A program made the position numbers and the translations under genes. DNA of 38,794 bases from Lama guanicoe. Taxonomy: Eukaryota. The stretch covers positions 15,286,974 to 15,325,767 of the forward strand of contig MU054187.1 of the NCBI GenBank assembly GCA_013239625.1. The letters are read 5' to 3'. Below are positions 12,796 to 25,914 of this stretch, one piece after another; position 1 is the first letter of the stretch; the number at the start of each line of letters is the position of its first letter. The notes under the pieces were generated by a model. The model saw only the letters and a list, made by a program, of their open reading frames with translations, was not told the DNA's origin and did not search any database.

Positions 12796-13200
12796 GGCCT
12801 GAATCCTGGGAACCTTCCAGCATGTAAAGGTGTGGGAGATGAGGTAGAATTAGCAAACATATTGAGGGGCAGCAGCCAGAGATAAATAAGGCAACTGTGA
12901 GGTCATGAAACCAAGGGATGGAAGTAGGGTCCAGGAGGAGCACGTGGTCAGGCATTATAAAAGCTGCTGATAGACCAAGTAAGACAGTGGCCAGGAAATG
13001 ACCACTGATGACACTGACGAAGGCCCTCTGGGTAGAGTCGAGGTAAAGGTGGGGGAGATCTGCCTGGGGTGAGCTCAAGAGAGAGTAGGAGAAGGAAAAT
13101 GGAAAATTCTCCATTAAGACAGCACTGAGGAAATTTCATTGTGAAAGAAAGGAGAGGAACGGTGCATTGGAATATGAAGATGAAACGGGTCAAGAGAGGG
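12150..13200 (-). mobile_element. L2 LINE remnant interrupted by MER58A
   Basis: gatggtggcctcgatcaaggtggt...caagatttgctgataga...ttttggacgtgttaag...aaagctgctgatagaccaagtaaga. Confidence 0.75.
12340..12485 (-). mobile_element. MER58A-like hAT-Charlie MITE (internally deleted)
   Basis: ggtaaactttttctgtaaaggaccagctagtaaatatgttcagctttgcaggcc...cagccatagataacac matches the reverse complement of MER58A as I recall it. Confidence 0.75.
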
Positions 13201-16200
13201 CCCTTTTTGTGAATTTTTAAGAAATGTATGCTGCTGGCAATGATCCAGTTCAGAATTCCTCTAAAAATGTGTACTTTACATCATCTCTTTATAAACATTT
13301 ATCTCTCCCACCCACATGAGGCAGTACTCATCTTACCTGAGGGAAGTCTTCATTATCTTCATTTAAGAAATGCTTACTACCCCACTTTAATATTTAGTGA
13401 TATAATATGGTCCCATGTTTTGCAGTTATTTTTGAGGTTTGAGGGAATTTTTTAAAAATAAAGTGCCTTTAACTACTTTTCTTATAAAGCAGAATGAGTT
13501 TAATATCATTTAATTAATCTAATCAATGCCAAAAATTTCCCATGTGAAAGCCCTTTGTCTTCCTCGGTCCCACCCCCACCCTTACCCTCACCCTCACCGC
13601 CTCTAGCCTGCTTTCCTTTCTGGTTTAACACTGGGTCTTATATATTCAGCTCTCAGTATCCTTTATTGGCCATTTCACAAGCAGTTCCACCTAATGGGAA
13701 TAAATCTACGAATTTCAAAACAGAACCGCAATCATGCCTGGGAAGTATTTTTTAAAAGCTTTTGGCTGCCCTCAGGGGAAATAGTTTTGTCATCACTTAA
13801 TATCTTTTTAATGGTTCTTTCTCACTTCTGTAAGTCAGCAGTCCTTTCCAATCTAACCCAGAAAAAGAACAAATAGCCCTAGCTGCATTATTGTTAAAAA
13901 CCAAGAACTTCTAGACTGTCCTTACTTTTTATCTAGATACATGAGAAATGACCACATAAAAGTCCAAGAAGATAAATGTGCATAGGACATGCTGTACTTT
14001 TTCCACAGCATCCATGGCAATACTTTAGAAGTGTGTCTTCAAAACTCAAAGTGTGTGTGACATTTTTATTTTTTGTATTTTGTGTCTTTGAAGATGGTTT
14101 CTATGTGCAGAATAGATTTTTTGAGGTCATTTTCATTTTCAAAATAAGTATTTCTGATTCTCCTCTAATTTAGCTTCAATTTAGAACATATTTTTGTTCT
14201 ATTCATAAATCTACCAAGTTTTGACAATAACATTTGTTTAATGTTTGTTACTACTTACAGATTTAATTCATTTAAATTTTAAGCTTCATTTATAGATTTA
14301 ATATATTTGATTTTTTTAGTATTTTAATTGGTTTATTGAAAATAATTTCCATATATTTAAATGTCTTAAAAGTCCAAGAAATACAGTGACTCTTAAGTTC
14401 TAAATTTTGCAATACTGTTTAAAAATTATATCAAGATTTTCTTATATATTTTAACTGAAAATTATAAATATAAATAATTACTCATTGATATATTTTTTTT
14501 GTTGAAATTACAAGGCTAAACTGTTGCTTTAATAACCTGCTACTACATTCTTATAACCACTATAAATATTAATGATATCAAATATGCACAGGTTCCTTAT
14601 CCAGCAATATTTATCCTTTTTAACACCTTAAATTTGATTTTTTCAAACACTTCTACATTTTATTCTTATGTTTGAAATTAAAAGATGTTACCTACTTAAA
14701 AAAAAAACTATTCCATGTCAAACAATGTTGGGGATATAATCTCAAGCAATTTTCAGGGTTGCTTTTCAGTTTGAACACATTTCTTATTGTCAAGAGATTA
14801 TGACTGGGGTTTAAGTTGGGAGCTTTAGATGTCAGTGTGCCTCATGATCCTGGCGGCCACCATGTTGTGGACAGCAAAATTTAAGGAAATGGCTGATAAA
14901 ACAACCTCATCTTTGGTCTGGATTATATCATTCTCTGATTCTTCTGTTGACTACAGATGTCAGCGACCTTCTCCCACGCTGAGACATTCTTTGACGCAAT
15001 GTTGTATTTCTTTGGGCCAAGCTCTAAAGACCTCTGAACTTGTTAAAGATCTACATTCTTTTCATATCCCTCCTATCTCTTGGGGCCACACTCTTCTAGC
15101 TAGTTAAGTGATATCAGTTTGAGTTCTGGATATCTCTCGTGGCTTAATCTGACTATGTGGTTTCACAGACAAAGTGCTAACTGTATTTATAAGCAGAGTA
15201 ACTCATGGCAAACATTTTAGTCCAATGCTAAATCAATCAGTTGATGAGCTGACCAACTAAAGGGCTCATAAAAACTAAGCAAGGAAGAAAACCATGTGGG
15301 GCAATAGGGTACACCTCCAACCTCTGACACTGTTTTAAGCCATCTTTGTTTTGTGAATTATCTAATTTAACCATAATACCTAACTTCTACTGGCTTCTGT
15401 AAATGTTTTGTGTAGCCATGCATCATTTGCAACTTCATTCCTTAAACTGTATAAGTTGTTAGAATTCTTTCACATGGTTAAACTGGCAACATTCATTGCA
15501 ATTTATGAATAGGAAAGAAGCAATCATTGCTTGCTATTTTCAAACCTCAAAGACCTCTCATTTGTACTGATGAATTTAAATATCACTCACCCATATTCTC
15601 CTGGCAGTTGTAACCGATGGAGAAAGACAAAGACAGCAAATGAAGAGCTCAGCTTTACCAGGAGATATGTAATTCTTAAATTTCAGAGCTGGAGCTTCTC
15701 TTCTCTGCTGAATGGGTATGAGTCGTGCCTGGGAACAAACAGGCAAAAAAGAGAACAGGACTGTCTGACTTCCTGTGCAGTAGGCATCAGAGACAGTGGA
15801 AGTCTCCCACCGGAAAGCAAAATGGTCCCTCCAGCACCTTCCTTTAGGGGCAGACAGAAATCCTTCCCATCAGTTCCCTAAAGTAAACATGGAGAGATAA
15901 AAAAAAAAAAAGAGTGGTTATCCCTTATCTCTCACAACTATCATCTCCAAAATTTTAATGATGATATCAGTACATAGAGACATCTAAAAACGTTAGGTTT
16001 CAGTAATGCTAAATACATGGTCTTCCTATCAAAACCCTTCATAATAATTTAAAAAATCACACTCACATAAGCTGTTTTTAAGGCATGAAATCTTTGGTTT
16101 ATCTCTTTGACATACACAGTACTTATTAACTATATGAGTGAGCATAAAGATAGACTTACATATGCTAAATTACTTTTTAAATTGTTAACAGCCTAAAATG

Positions 16201-16339
16201 TTTTAAATTATTTTGAAAAGAATCTAGGGTTATCTTCTCTGTGGTATGGAAAAGGCTATAACTGAGTAAGTCATAGGCCAATACAACATAGATCTTGCTG
16301 GCGCTGATGCTCGGGCTGCTCTGGTATACTAAATCATGG

Positions 16340-16485
16340 GACACTGAAGAGGAAAGGGGCCCTAGAGATGACTTCATCCAATCTCCTTTTTTTTACAGAT
16401 GAGTTAACTAGGAGACAGAATAATTGACATGTCCTCAGTCACAGATGATCTTAGCAGTAGACGTAGGGTTAGAAGACAAGATTTT
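16340..16485 (-). mobile_element. MIR remnant
   Basis: catccaatctcc(t)nacagatgagttaactaggagacaga...gacatgtcctcagtcacag. Confidence 0.6.
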
Positions 16486-18014
16486 TCATTTCCTTTTTCA
16501 TTATTATTTGTGCCATCTGTGGTGATATTTTAGAACAAGACTATCAGACTGTCTTTAGAAAGACTGTAAAAACACAGAAAAACTGGTTTTTAGTGGTTAT
16601 TGATCTGAGGGCACACTGTACTTCAAGATGTAAATAAAACTTAGCTATTTTTTACCCAAGCTACCACAGTTAGTTCAGGGGACATAATTTGTTCATGCTA
16701 TTCTAGCTGAAATGCATTTATAAGTTAATCTGTGCTATTTTGCACTTTGGTGAATTATAATCCAGATTTTATAAATCCATATTTTATTTAAAAATACCAG
16801 AAGAATAAATACTAGATGAATCCATTATCAGCCAAACAAAGTGTTTGGTAAGATGTCATCTTTTGTAAGATGACTGTTTTTTTAATTTAAAATGATTTCT
16901 GGGTAACTAACCAATCTCTTTTGAAGGTGGGTACATGGCCTCCTGGGTGAAACTGTCTCTTGAAGAGTTCATCAATTATTTTGTTTTCTTCCTATTTTAT
17001 TTCAGAGCCACTAAATTAATTTCCTTTTCTAAATAAAAGTATCCCAACATCTTTGGGAAAAACTGTCTTTTCTGTGTTATGGTCAAGCTTCATCTCATGC
17101 TTTCTTTGAAAACTTTTAACTCATAGTGAACTCGTGGTTATTAACCCCAACGTAGGTGAGTCTTGTTTAAATCTAAACAGCCTGGTGGAGGAGAAAGTCA
17201 CCAAAAGAAGAATAAAATGAGAGAGACTGTGAAACTTAGGCAAACTCAGATCAGTAGAAGGACATCTATATGCCTTCTCATACGGAGCTCCATGTGAATC
17301 TGAGTAATTATAAAACTGTCACTTCTTCATATAAGGTCTCACTTTCTAAAGCATACTACTAACCACTGTCTAGTCACAATTTGAAAAATTTTATTCAGAC
17401 AGAATAATAGATAAATATAAATAATTTAGGGAATAATGTCATGACATTGAACTATAAAACAAAATCATTTTTTCAACAGATAAGTACATAACTAAATTAT
17501 TGTCTCACTAGGGAGACATGTTGAAAGGCATTTTTCTATATCTGTATGCAACAACTATAAATATTCTCTCTTTTGTGGTTTTGTACCTTATAACTTGCTA
17601 GAAAAGAGATGATCACTACAGAGTTGATTTATTATTGGCCGTTTGACTTCCCTATGCAGCTTTGGAGATGATAATGCAAATCCATATGATAACTAATACG
17701 AATGTATATTAAATCTGAGGCTCATTTAAACTTTATTCGATAATTGTTTCAATTAAGTGAATTATTATTTATCAATAACATCCTTACCAACTTAAAAAAC
17801 TTTTTCAAGAATAGTCATTTTTCTTAATTTATTTGACCCATAATGTACTATATTTTCATAGCATAGTCAACTGATTTTTGTGTTGGTTTGTTTTCAGTTT
17901 ATAAAAATTAAAATGCAATTTCTCATATTATTATTACTATCAAATATGTGAATAATATAAAATATGAAAGCTTCATGGGATTTATTATACTTTAACATAG
18001 TTTAATTTAGACGT

Positions 18015-18895
18015 TGGAGTAAATGCAAATCAAAACCACAATGGGACATCACCTCACACCTGCTAGACTGGCTACTGTCAAAAAAATGAGAACTAGCAAG
18101 TGCTGGGGAGGGTTTAGAGAAAGGGAATCCTTGTGCACTGTTGATGGGAATGTAAATTGGTGTGGCCACTATAGAAAACAGTATGAGGTTCTTCAAAAGA
18201 TTAATATTAGAGGTACCGTATGGTCCAGTCATTCCACTCCTGAATATTAATCTGAAGGAAACAAAAACACTTAGTAAAAAAGATGTCTGCACCCCCATGT
18301 TCACTGCAGCATTATTTATAATAGCCAAGACATAAAAGCAACCTAAATGTCCATCAACAGATGAATGGATAAAGAAGGTGTGGCATAAATACACACAGTA
18401 GACTATTACTCAGCCATAAAAAATGAAATGTTGCCATTTGTAACAACATGGATGGAACTTAAGTGCATTCTGCTAAGTGATACAAGTCAGAAAAAAAACA
18501 AATACTGTGTGATCTCATGTATATGTGGAATCTAAAAACAACAACGAAGACAATACTGAGCTCATAGAGAGCAGACTGGTGGTTGCCAGAGGTGGGGGTG
18601 GGTGAAATATGTGAAGGTGGTCAAAAGGAACAAACTTTCAGTTATAAAGTAAATCCTGGGAATATAATATATAGCATGGTGACTATAATTAATAATACTG
18701 TATGTGTATATTTGAATGTTGCTAGGAGAATAAATCTTAAAAGTCCTCTTCACAAGAAAAAAGTTTGGAACTGAATGTGGTGATGGATGTTAACTAGACT
18801 TGTGATCATTTCACAATACATACATATATCAAATCATTAAGTTGTACACCTGAAACTAATATAATATTCTATTCCAATTATATCTCACTTAAAAA
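18015..18895 (+). mobile_element. 5'-truncated older LINE-1 (ORF2 C-terminus plus 3' UTR, L1MA-like)
   Basis: Encodes MQIKTTMGHHLTPARLA...KCW, typical of the ORF2 C-terminal segment, with stops and frameshifts. 3' UTR ends gttgtacacctgaaactaatataatattc. Confidence 0.9.
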
Positions 18896-19347
18896 GTTAG
18901 ACTATAATCTTAGACATTGTTAATTTTGGTGCATTGATCTGAATAACTTTGATCATGTTAATTTTTAAGATATAGTAATAGCATGGCTCCTTGTTGCTCT
19001 AAATAAACTCCAGGGAATTCAGTTGACTTTAGTGGATTCAAACTTCAATGGTCAGTATGAAGTGTCTCCAAGTTATACCTAGATACTGTATTTTTGTTAA
19101 CCTATCCTTTACTAAAACTGATATTGGACTTTGGATCTAAATGGCACTGTAAAAACAATAAAGATTTTTGAGGATTAAACGTACTGCATTGTAGAACTTT
19201 GAATAACAATGGCCTAAATGCTTTCTTTTGGTCAGGAACCAGAATTGGAAGTACTTTAGGAAATGGTACCATTTCTTCCTTCTTGCTTTTCATTTGTTAG
19301 CAGCAAACCCAGTAAAGCTGAAGGTTTTTTTTTCCCCCTTTCCACAG

Positions 19348-19466
19348 GTTTGGGATGAAAATCTTGCAAAATCTGCAGAGGCTTGGGCAGCTACGTGCAT
19401 TTGGGACCATGGACCTTCTTACTTACTGAGATTTTTGGGCCAGAATCTATCTGTACGAACTGGAAG
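19348..19466 (+). CDS. PI15: PI15 second coding exon (119 nt): [39 protein letters not shown](R)
   Basis: Polypyrimidine tract plus ccacag| acceptor, donor AG|gtagga. In frame with the previous exon and carries CAP motifs WDHG and GQNL. Confidence 0.97.
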
Positions 19467-19853
19467 GTAGGAAGCAGTTTCACCAGTACTGTTCATCCAT
19501 ACGATTTTATTGCTTATGAACTCCCAGGGTGAGTGACACCAATTTCAAATAATCCCTGCAAGTATTTATTGAGGCCTCACTATGTGCCAGGAACGGATGC
19601 TTGGTCTATGACTGTTTTAGATCTCTTCAAAGATTAATTAATTTGTTAAAAGGGCCTAAAAAGCCCAGCTTTCCTTTTCCCCCTTGGAATACCCTCCCTG
19701 AGCCTGTCTTCAGCACTTGTCTCACAGAATCTTTGAAAGGATCGGGCTACATCCTGTATCCTGTCTCTTCTGCCTCAGAAAAATCCCTTGATGGTGGCAG
19801 AAGTCAGTATTGTGTGTCTGCAGCTTTCCCATGTTTGCACATACCTGTCTGTC

Positions 19854-19887
<34 letters not shown>

Positions 19888-19888
19888 C
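19854..19888. repeat. (TG)13(CG)3 microsatellite, Z-DNA-prone
   Basis: Uninterrupted purine-pyrimidine alternation read directly. Confidence 0.9.
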
Positions 19889-20483
19889 TGTACAAATTGT
19901 ATATCTACTTCTATATGTGTATCTACACATACACACGTATGTATATGCAACTACAGAAAAAGTTGTTCCCAGTGATAGGATAATTTTTCTACCACTGTGA
20001 ATGTCATCATCCAACATTCCAAAGGCCTGTTCTCTTCCACATAGCGGAGGAAAGTCACGTGTGCTATTATTAAAATTAAAATGATTCAAGTTTAAGGAAG
20101 AAAAAACTACCCTGGGTCTAGTAGTATTGCTTCTTTTATGTATCTAATTCTTAATTGTGTATAAGACTTTGATGGAAGAAAGTCTTGATGTTGGTAAAAC
20201 AAGATAAAGATGCTAATTCCTGAAAGATTTGTATTTCTCTTTTTGAAACAACCAGACACATACTTAGACAAATACAGGATCACTTGCTCCAGTCCCAGGC
20301 ATTTTTACGCTTAGAGGAATAGAGGATTCTAGTAGGTGGTGATGGTAATTGTAGGGCATGGGTATGCTCTTGTTTTACCATGAATAATCTGCAAAAAGAA
20401 TAATTAACTTGCAGTTTAACCTGAGTCTACTACATACTGCCACCGTCGTATTCTAAGTTCTCATCATTTCTCTTGACCTCTAG

Positions 20484-20616
20484 ATATCGCTCTATTCTCC
20501 AGCTGGTCAAGCCATGGTATGATGAAGTGAAGGATTATGCTTTTCCGTATCCCCAGGATTGCAACCCCAGATGTCCCATGAGATGTTTTGGCCCCATGTG
20601 CACACATTATACACAG
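20484..20616 (+). CDS. PI15: PI15 third coding exon (133 nt): (R)[44 protein letters not shown]
   Basis: Acceptor cctctag| and donor CAG|gttatt. The AG+A split codon restores Arg. Contains WYDE and the first half of the CAP1 signature (HYTQ). Confidence 0.96.
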
Positions 20617-20735
20617 GTTATTTTAGTTGTTCATTTTTGATTCATACTTTTCAAAAATGCTCTTAGTATTTTGGTGAACATGCAATCTTTTTTTAGCTCT
20701 GACTTCAGTAACGTTGCATCGGTTTACTTTCACAG

Positions 20736-20851
20736 ATGGTTTGGGCCACCTCCAATCGAATAGGATGTGCAATTCATACTTGTCAAAACATGAATGTTTG
20801 GGGAGCTGTATGGCGACGTGCAGTTTATTTGGTGTGCAACTATGCCCCTAA
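20736..20851 (+). CDS. PI15: PI15 fourth coding exon (116 nt): [38 protein letters not shown](K)
   Basis: Acceptor actttcacag| and donor AA|gtgagt. Completes HYTQMVW and carries the CAP2 motif LVCNYAP. Confidence 0.97.
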
Positions 20852-23839
20852 GTGAGTATCAGCTGGGATTCTACAGCTGGAATCTTTGATGATGTTAAAT
20901 ATCTTTAATCTAATAGATATTTTTAACAGGTAAGTAATAGAATTAAGACTTAACGAATGACCTCTAATCCTCAAATCTTCCATCATTCTCATGTGCCTGA
21001 AAAATTATGAGCTGAAAGGTTTCTTTTCACAAGGATCTAAAAATTAAAATTGCAGGCAAACCAACATGAGACTTGGATGTTCACTAAATTCTCCTCACCA
21101 TCTTTCTTTAGACTTGGTAATTGTAAAATAAACAGTGCACTCTCAGACTTTTGATAGCTGTATAAAAGGCATCAGGAAAGGATCTTCTAGGGAATTTATC
21201 AACACAATATTCTCATTAATCAGTGCTAGAATGCTGGCTTAACTTTTTCACTAGGAAAGCAAAACAAGTTCTTCTTTCTTCTTTAAGGGTAAAATGAAAA
21301 ATCATAGTTTACTTTTTCTATAGATGGCCAAAGAGGCATTCAAAATCCGGAGGGAAATTTTAAATGCTATGACTTCTTTTTGATGAAAATTTTGCCATGA
21401 CTTAAACTTCAGTATAAAAAATATTCAGTAATTTCATCCTATGGCATACATAAAAAAGGTAGTGTGAAAATTGATCAAAGATGATAAAATATGGTTATAT
21501 GTATGAACATTCTTTAAAAGATATGGGTAAATAAGCACTTGTTAACATTTGATAAAATGCCTTTTTGATAACAATAACTCTTCAGATAAAATGTTCCAGT
21601 ATTTATACATGAGTCGGTTCCCATTTGGAGTAAATACCACCATGTGCAAAGGATTTATGACACTCTTGGTGTCTTCCAAAGTAAGTCCCAAACAAAGATT
21701 TTCTCCAGCTTTGCCAGTATAGGGAGGGAATGAGAAAATGTTTCACAAATAACTACATTACTCATTTATATGGTAGTATGCCAGTGGCAGTGTTTTTGCA
21801 AAGTTAGAAAAATAGTGATTTTCCCGATGGTCCTCTCTTCACAGTTATTAGAATAGTAAGATTTGGAAAGTAGATTGTGGCTGCATTAGGAAATGCATTA
21901 AAACTGCACTTGTTCAATATTTTCAGTTTTATACCTAATATTTTCCTATTAAACCTTTCCCCTTCTTTCTGACATAAATAGGCCAAGTGATACCCAAATG
22001 GTGAAAGGTTTTTACTACATTCATTTAACTATTCTGGTTTTGGGCAATGGTTAGAATTTTCTAGTATTATTTATGAGATGCTTGATTGTTTTATAAGTCT
22101 ACGAGATGAAGATATACTGTGTTAGTATGCTGTATCAGCTGGAATAAAGAACCATTCTTTTGAAACCTAGGCAATGAAGCAAATTTTAAAATCCTGACCG
22201 ATAGTTGAATGCATTTCTTCCTATCCCAGAATGAAATTATCTTAAGCCTGTTTTTCAGGGGAAAAAGCAGAGAAAGAGAGAGAGAGAACGAGAATGAATT
22301 GAATTAGATGAAATAGGATAAAAATTAAAAGGGTAAATATGTTCATCAATTGACTGGTTTACTATTGAATATAATTATCCTCCATTCATGTAAAAGTTTA
22401 TAATATAACATAGAGTAATTTTTGCATATAGTAGCATTGTATTTCTAAGTTAATACTACCAAAAATATGTGCTGTGTGTAATTTCCAAAAGTTCTGTAGA
22501 ATAAATTGAAACATGTGAAGTTAAAATAGCACAGGCTGTTTTCATATACTTTTACAGCTTTGGGTAAAGATATAGAGGGAAGTAAGATTATAGAATGAGA
22601 GAGATTAGGATGGGGAGAGAGCTGTACCCTTGGCGAATGGGCCCCCTTGAATGTTTATAAGCAAACATGACATTATCAAAATGATGCTTGAGGCAGCTTC
22701 TCTGGAAGGCAGAGTGTAGAATAAACTATATAGAAGTGGACAGTCTTGGACTCTCATCTGATTTTATAATATGAATAATTAGCATGCTTTTCATTTTATA
22801 GATAAATTCTCCTTTATAGGTTATTATAGATAAAACTGTGAATTTTCAACTGACTGAATAAGAGGATATTTTCATGTAGATACATTTTATGAGTCACCTG
22901 CTTGGCCTTATTTAGGTCTTAAAGAAGACAAGACCCACCTCTTTCATATTTTAGCCTTCACCTACCATTATCTTATCTCCAACCCTGACTTTTTACTACT
23001 GACAGCCAAGTTTTCTTCTCACCACTCAATTTCCTTCACATTGCCGGCTATATTGCTATTTCTTGGAGCTGTAGTTACCAATCACCAATGCTATTGAAAA
23101 TACATTACCTCCCCCTTCATAGTTATAAGAGCTTAATAACTGTAAGGCATTATGGCTGTTTTTGAGGCTCCTAAGTGGTGCCTTATAATCATAGCCATCA
23201 TTACAGATGAAGAAAAACACTGACAACACAAAATAATTCAGTTAAATGGGTTCAGTGTTATAAAAAAAAACTAATAGCATTACTAAAAAGAAAACTATGA
23301 TTTACATATGGGACGATGTTTTGGAATCACCTTTAATTGCTGCTTCTTTGAGCCCTTATTCTCTTACTGGATTTTCCATATCTCATTTTATAAAGATGGA
23401 GAGTCTAAAATATTTTTCAACGTTAGAGATATTCTGAACACTTAAAACCTATTTTCTGTGCTTACATATTTTGAACATTTAAAAATCTATTTTTGGGGGG
23501 CTTAGGACAACTTCTTGCTCCATTAGAAATCCATTTTTAAGCCTCCTAGAATTTTATATATACATGTAATATGTGTATTATATATGTATATATTTATATA
23601 GACAGATATATATCTGTATCTATTTTACTGTCTTTATAACATCACCATGAGTTAAGGAAAGGTGAGGTGAAGTGCACATGGCCCACGTGCTCTAGGAGGC
23701 TGCTGTAGGAAAGAGGCAGCTATGGTAAGTGGATGGAGTGTCAAATCCGGTGTCAGATGACTCATTAATGTCACCATGCATTGTGGTGCCTCACTTCTTA
23801 TCTGTAAGTTAACATAACATTAACTTACTCAGAAGACTA

Positions 23840-24490
23840 GGAATAGACTTAACCATATGACCCAGTAATCCCACTCCTGGGTATATATCCAGAAGGAACC
23901 CTACTTCAAAAAGACACCTGCACCCCAGTGTTCACAGCAGCACTATTTACAATAGCCAAGATATGGAAACAGCCTAAATGTCTATTGATAGATGACTGGA
24001 TAAAGAAGATGTGGTATATCCTATACAATGGAATACTATTCAGGCATAAGAAATGACAACATAACAGCATTTGCAGCAACATGGATGTCTCTGGAGAATG
24101 TCATTCTAAGTGAAGTAAGCCAGAAAGAGAAAGAAAAATACCATATGAGATTGTTCATATGTGGAATCTAAAAAAAAAAGAACATAAATACAAAACAGAA
24201 ACAGACTCAGACACAGAATACAAACTTGTGGTTGTCGGGGGAGGGGGATGGGAAGGAACAGGTTGAGTTCGAAATTTGTAGATACTGACAGGCAGATGTA
24301 GAATAGATAAGTAAGATTATACTATATAGCACAGGAAAATATATACAAGATCTGGTGGTAGCTCACAGCGAAAAAGAATGTGACAATGAATATATGTATG
24401 TTCATGTGTAACTGAAAAATTGTGCTCTACATTGGAAATTGACACAACACTGTAAACTGACTATAACTCAATAAAAATAAAATAAAAAAA
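23840..24490 (+). mobile_element. 5'-truncated lineage-specific LINE-1 (ORF2 end, 3' UTR, A-rich tail) next to a MIR remnant
   Basis: ccatatgacccagtaatcccactcctgggtatatatcc...gacacaacactgtaaactgactataactcaataaaaataaaataaaaaaa. No clear TSD found. Confidence 0.9.
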
Positions 24491-24716
24491 GAAAGGCAAT
24501 ATTTTAAAAGTAAGACACATAGAGTAAGTTACTGTAGAAATAAGAAATTATTTCTTATTTATATTTAAGAATTAATTATATAACTTTCAGTACTTGTCTA
24601 AAATGACAAACTTCTCAAAAATATCACATGTCAACACGTGGTCATGTGCTAAAGGGCAACCAGATTTTTTTCATGGGCCATTAGCACTAATGCTGTCTTC
24701 TTCTTTTTTTTACCAG

Positions 24717-24852
24717 GGGCAACTGGATTGGAGAAGCACCATATAAAGTAGGGGTACCATGTTCTGCCTGCCCTCCAAGTTATGGGGGCTCTTGTACTGA
24801 CAATCTTTGTTTTCCAGGAGTCACGTCAAACTACCTATACTGGTTTAAATAA
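24717..24852 (+). CDS. PI15: PI15 last coding exon (136 nt to stop): (K)[44 protein letters not shown]
   Basis: Acceptor tttttttaccag|. Cys-rich hinge (CxxC...C...C) and TAA at 24850-24852. Exon lengths sum to 273+119+133+116+136 = 777 nt, i.e. 258 aa plus stop. Confidence 0.97.
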
Positions 24853-25912
24853 GCTTATCTTTTCCTCCAGGAAATATAATGGTTTCTGGAAATCATAGGC
24901 ATATATATATATTGAGTTTTGCACATATTATACATATTTTACAATAATCTTGTTTTCCTTTTATTATTCATTGTATAAATAAGTGTTTGTCTAGTGTGTT
25001 TACTCCTTTGTGGTAATCAAAACACCCATTTCTATTTTCTGACTTTTAAACCTAAATTAAAATATTGTGTATGTATTATTGACATAGTTGATGCATCCAA
25101 TTCCAAAACTCGTTTTCCAAAGAAATTATGTTCGTAAGGAAGAGAATATATATTTGGCCTGTAATGCACATGTGTGTATATACACACACATAGATGACAT
25201 AATACATAGATAATACGATTCTGTAGCAAACTCAAGGGTAATTTTTTTAAAAATCCTATTCTAAAATATATGTGAGGTGGTGGAACATCTTCAGCACCCA
25301 TTTCTATAATAATCAAAAAGTGATCATTTGCAAAATAACAGTGATAACTGGGTATGATAATTTAAGCAAATGCAGATCTCATTCTTGGGATATTTTATCT
25401 TATTTAGGTTCACCAAAGGATATGCTTGACTTACGTAAGGCTCAAATCATGCCTTTTGCTTAATCTCTTTTACTGAGTCAGTAATCATGGGCAAGGCACT
25501 CTGCTAGTTATGTGCTGATAATGCGAAGGTAAGAAGATAGGATTCCTGCCTTCAAGAAGCTCGTGAAAATATTCAGGAAATAATAACAGCCTAATTATTT
25601 TGCTGTAAAATTATTATTTTTTAACAAAGTTATTTTTCATGCAGCTTGGAAGAAGTGAGTGCAACAGTGTTCACGTTAGGTGGTGTAGGTGATAAGCCAC
25701 ACTGTGTACGTGAGGCTTCTGATTAGCATGAATGTGTAGCGACAGTGCTTGGAATTAGAAGAGGCAGGGAAGGATTCATCACTGCCCATGGATTATTGGG
25801 TAAGAGTAAATAGTTACGATTTTGGAAGGCAGAGAGCAAGACCTAAAACTGATGAGGCCCAAGAAAAGTGAGATTTAAGAGACAAGTATGAAAAGGCACA
25901 GAAATAGGGTTA

Positions 25913-25914
<2 letters not shown>

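Noticed and set aside
2619..16377. Many 60-143-aa ORFs in the large intron
   Set aside because: No protein-family resemblance, many overlap L2 or MIR remnants, and such lengths are expected by chance with alternative starts.
19228..19347. Upstream part of the 80-aa ORF 19228-19470
   Set aside because: Intronic sequence and the polypyrimidine tract happen to be open in frame.
23804..24535. Inverted repeats flanking the intronic L1 (acattaacttactc / gagtaagttactgt) and a 9-bp hairpin at its 5' junction
   Set aside because: The left arm aligns with decayed MIR sequence, L1 has no terminal inverted repeats, and short AT-rich matches are likely chance.
24850..24860. Possible stop-codon read-through
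   Set aside because: TAA-G is an efficient termination context and lacks the TGA-CTAG motif.
25849..25870. CTGATGAG...GAAA resembling a hammerhead ribozyme core
   Set aside because: Stem II cannot form (ggcccaa between the motifs), and I found no flanking stems I and III.
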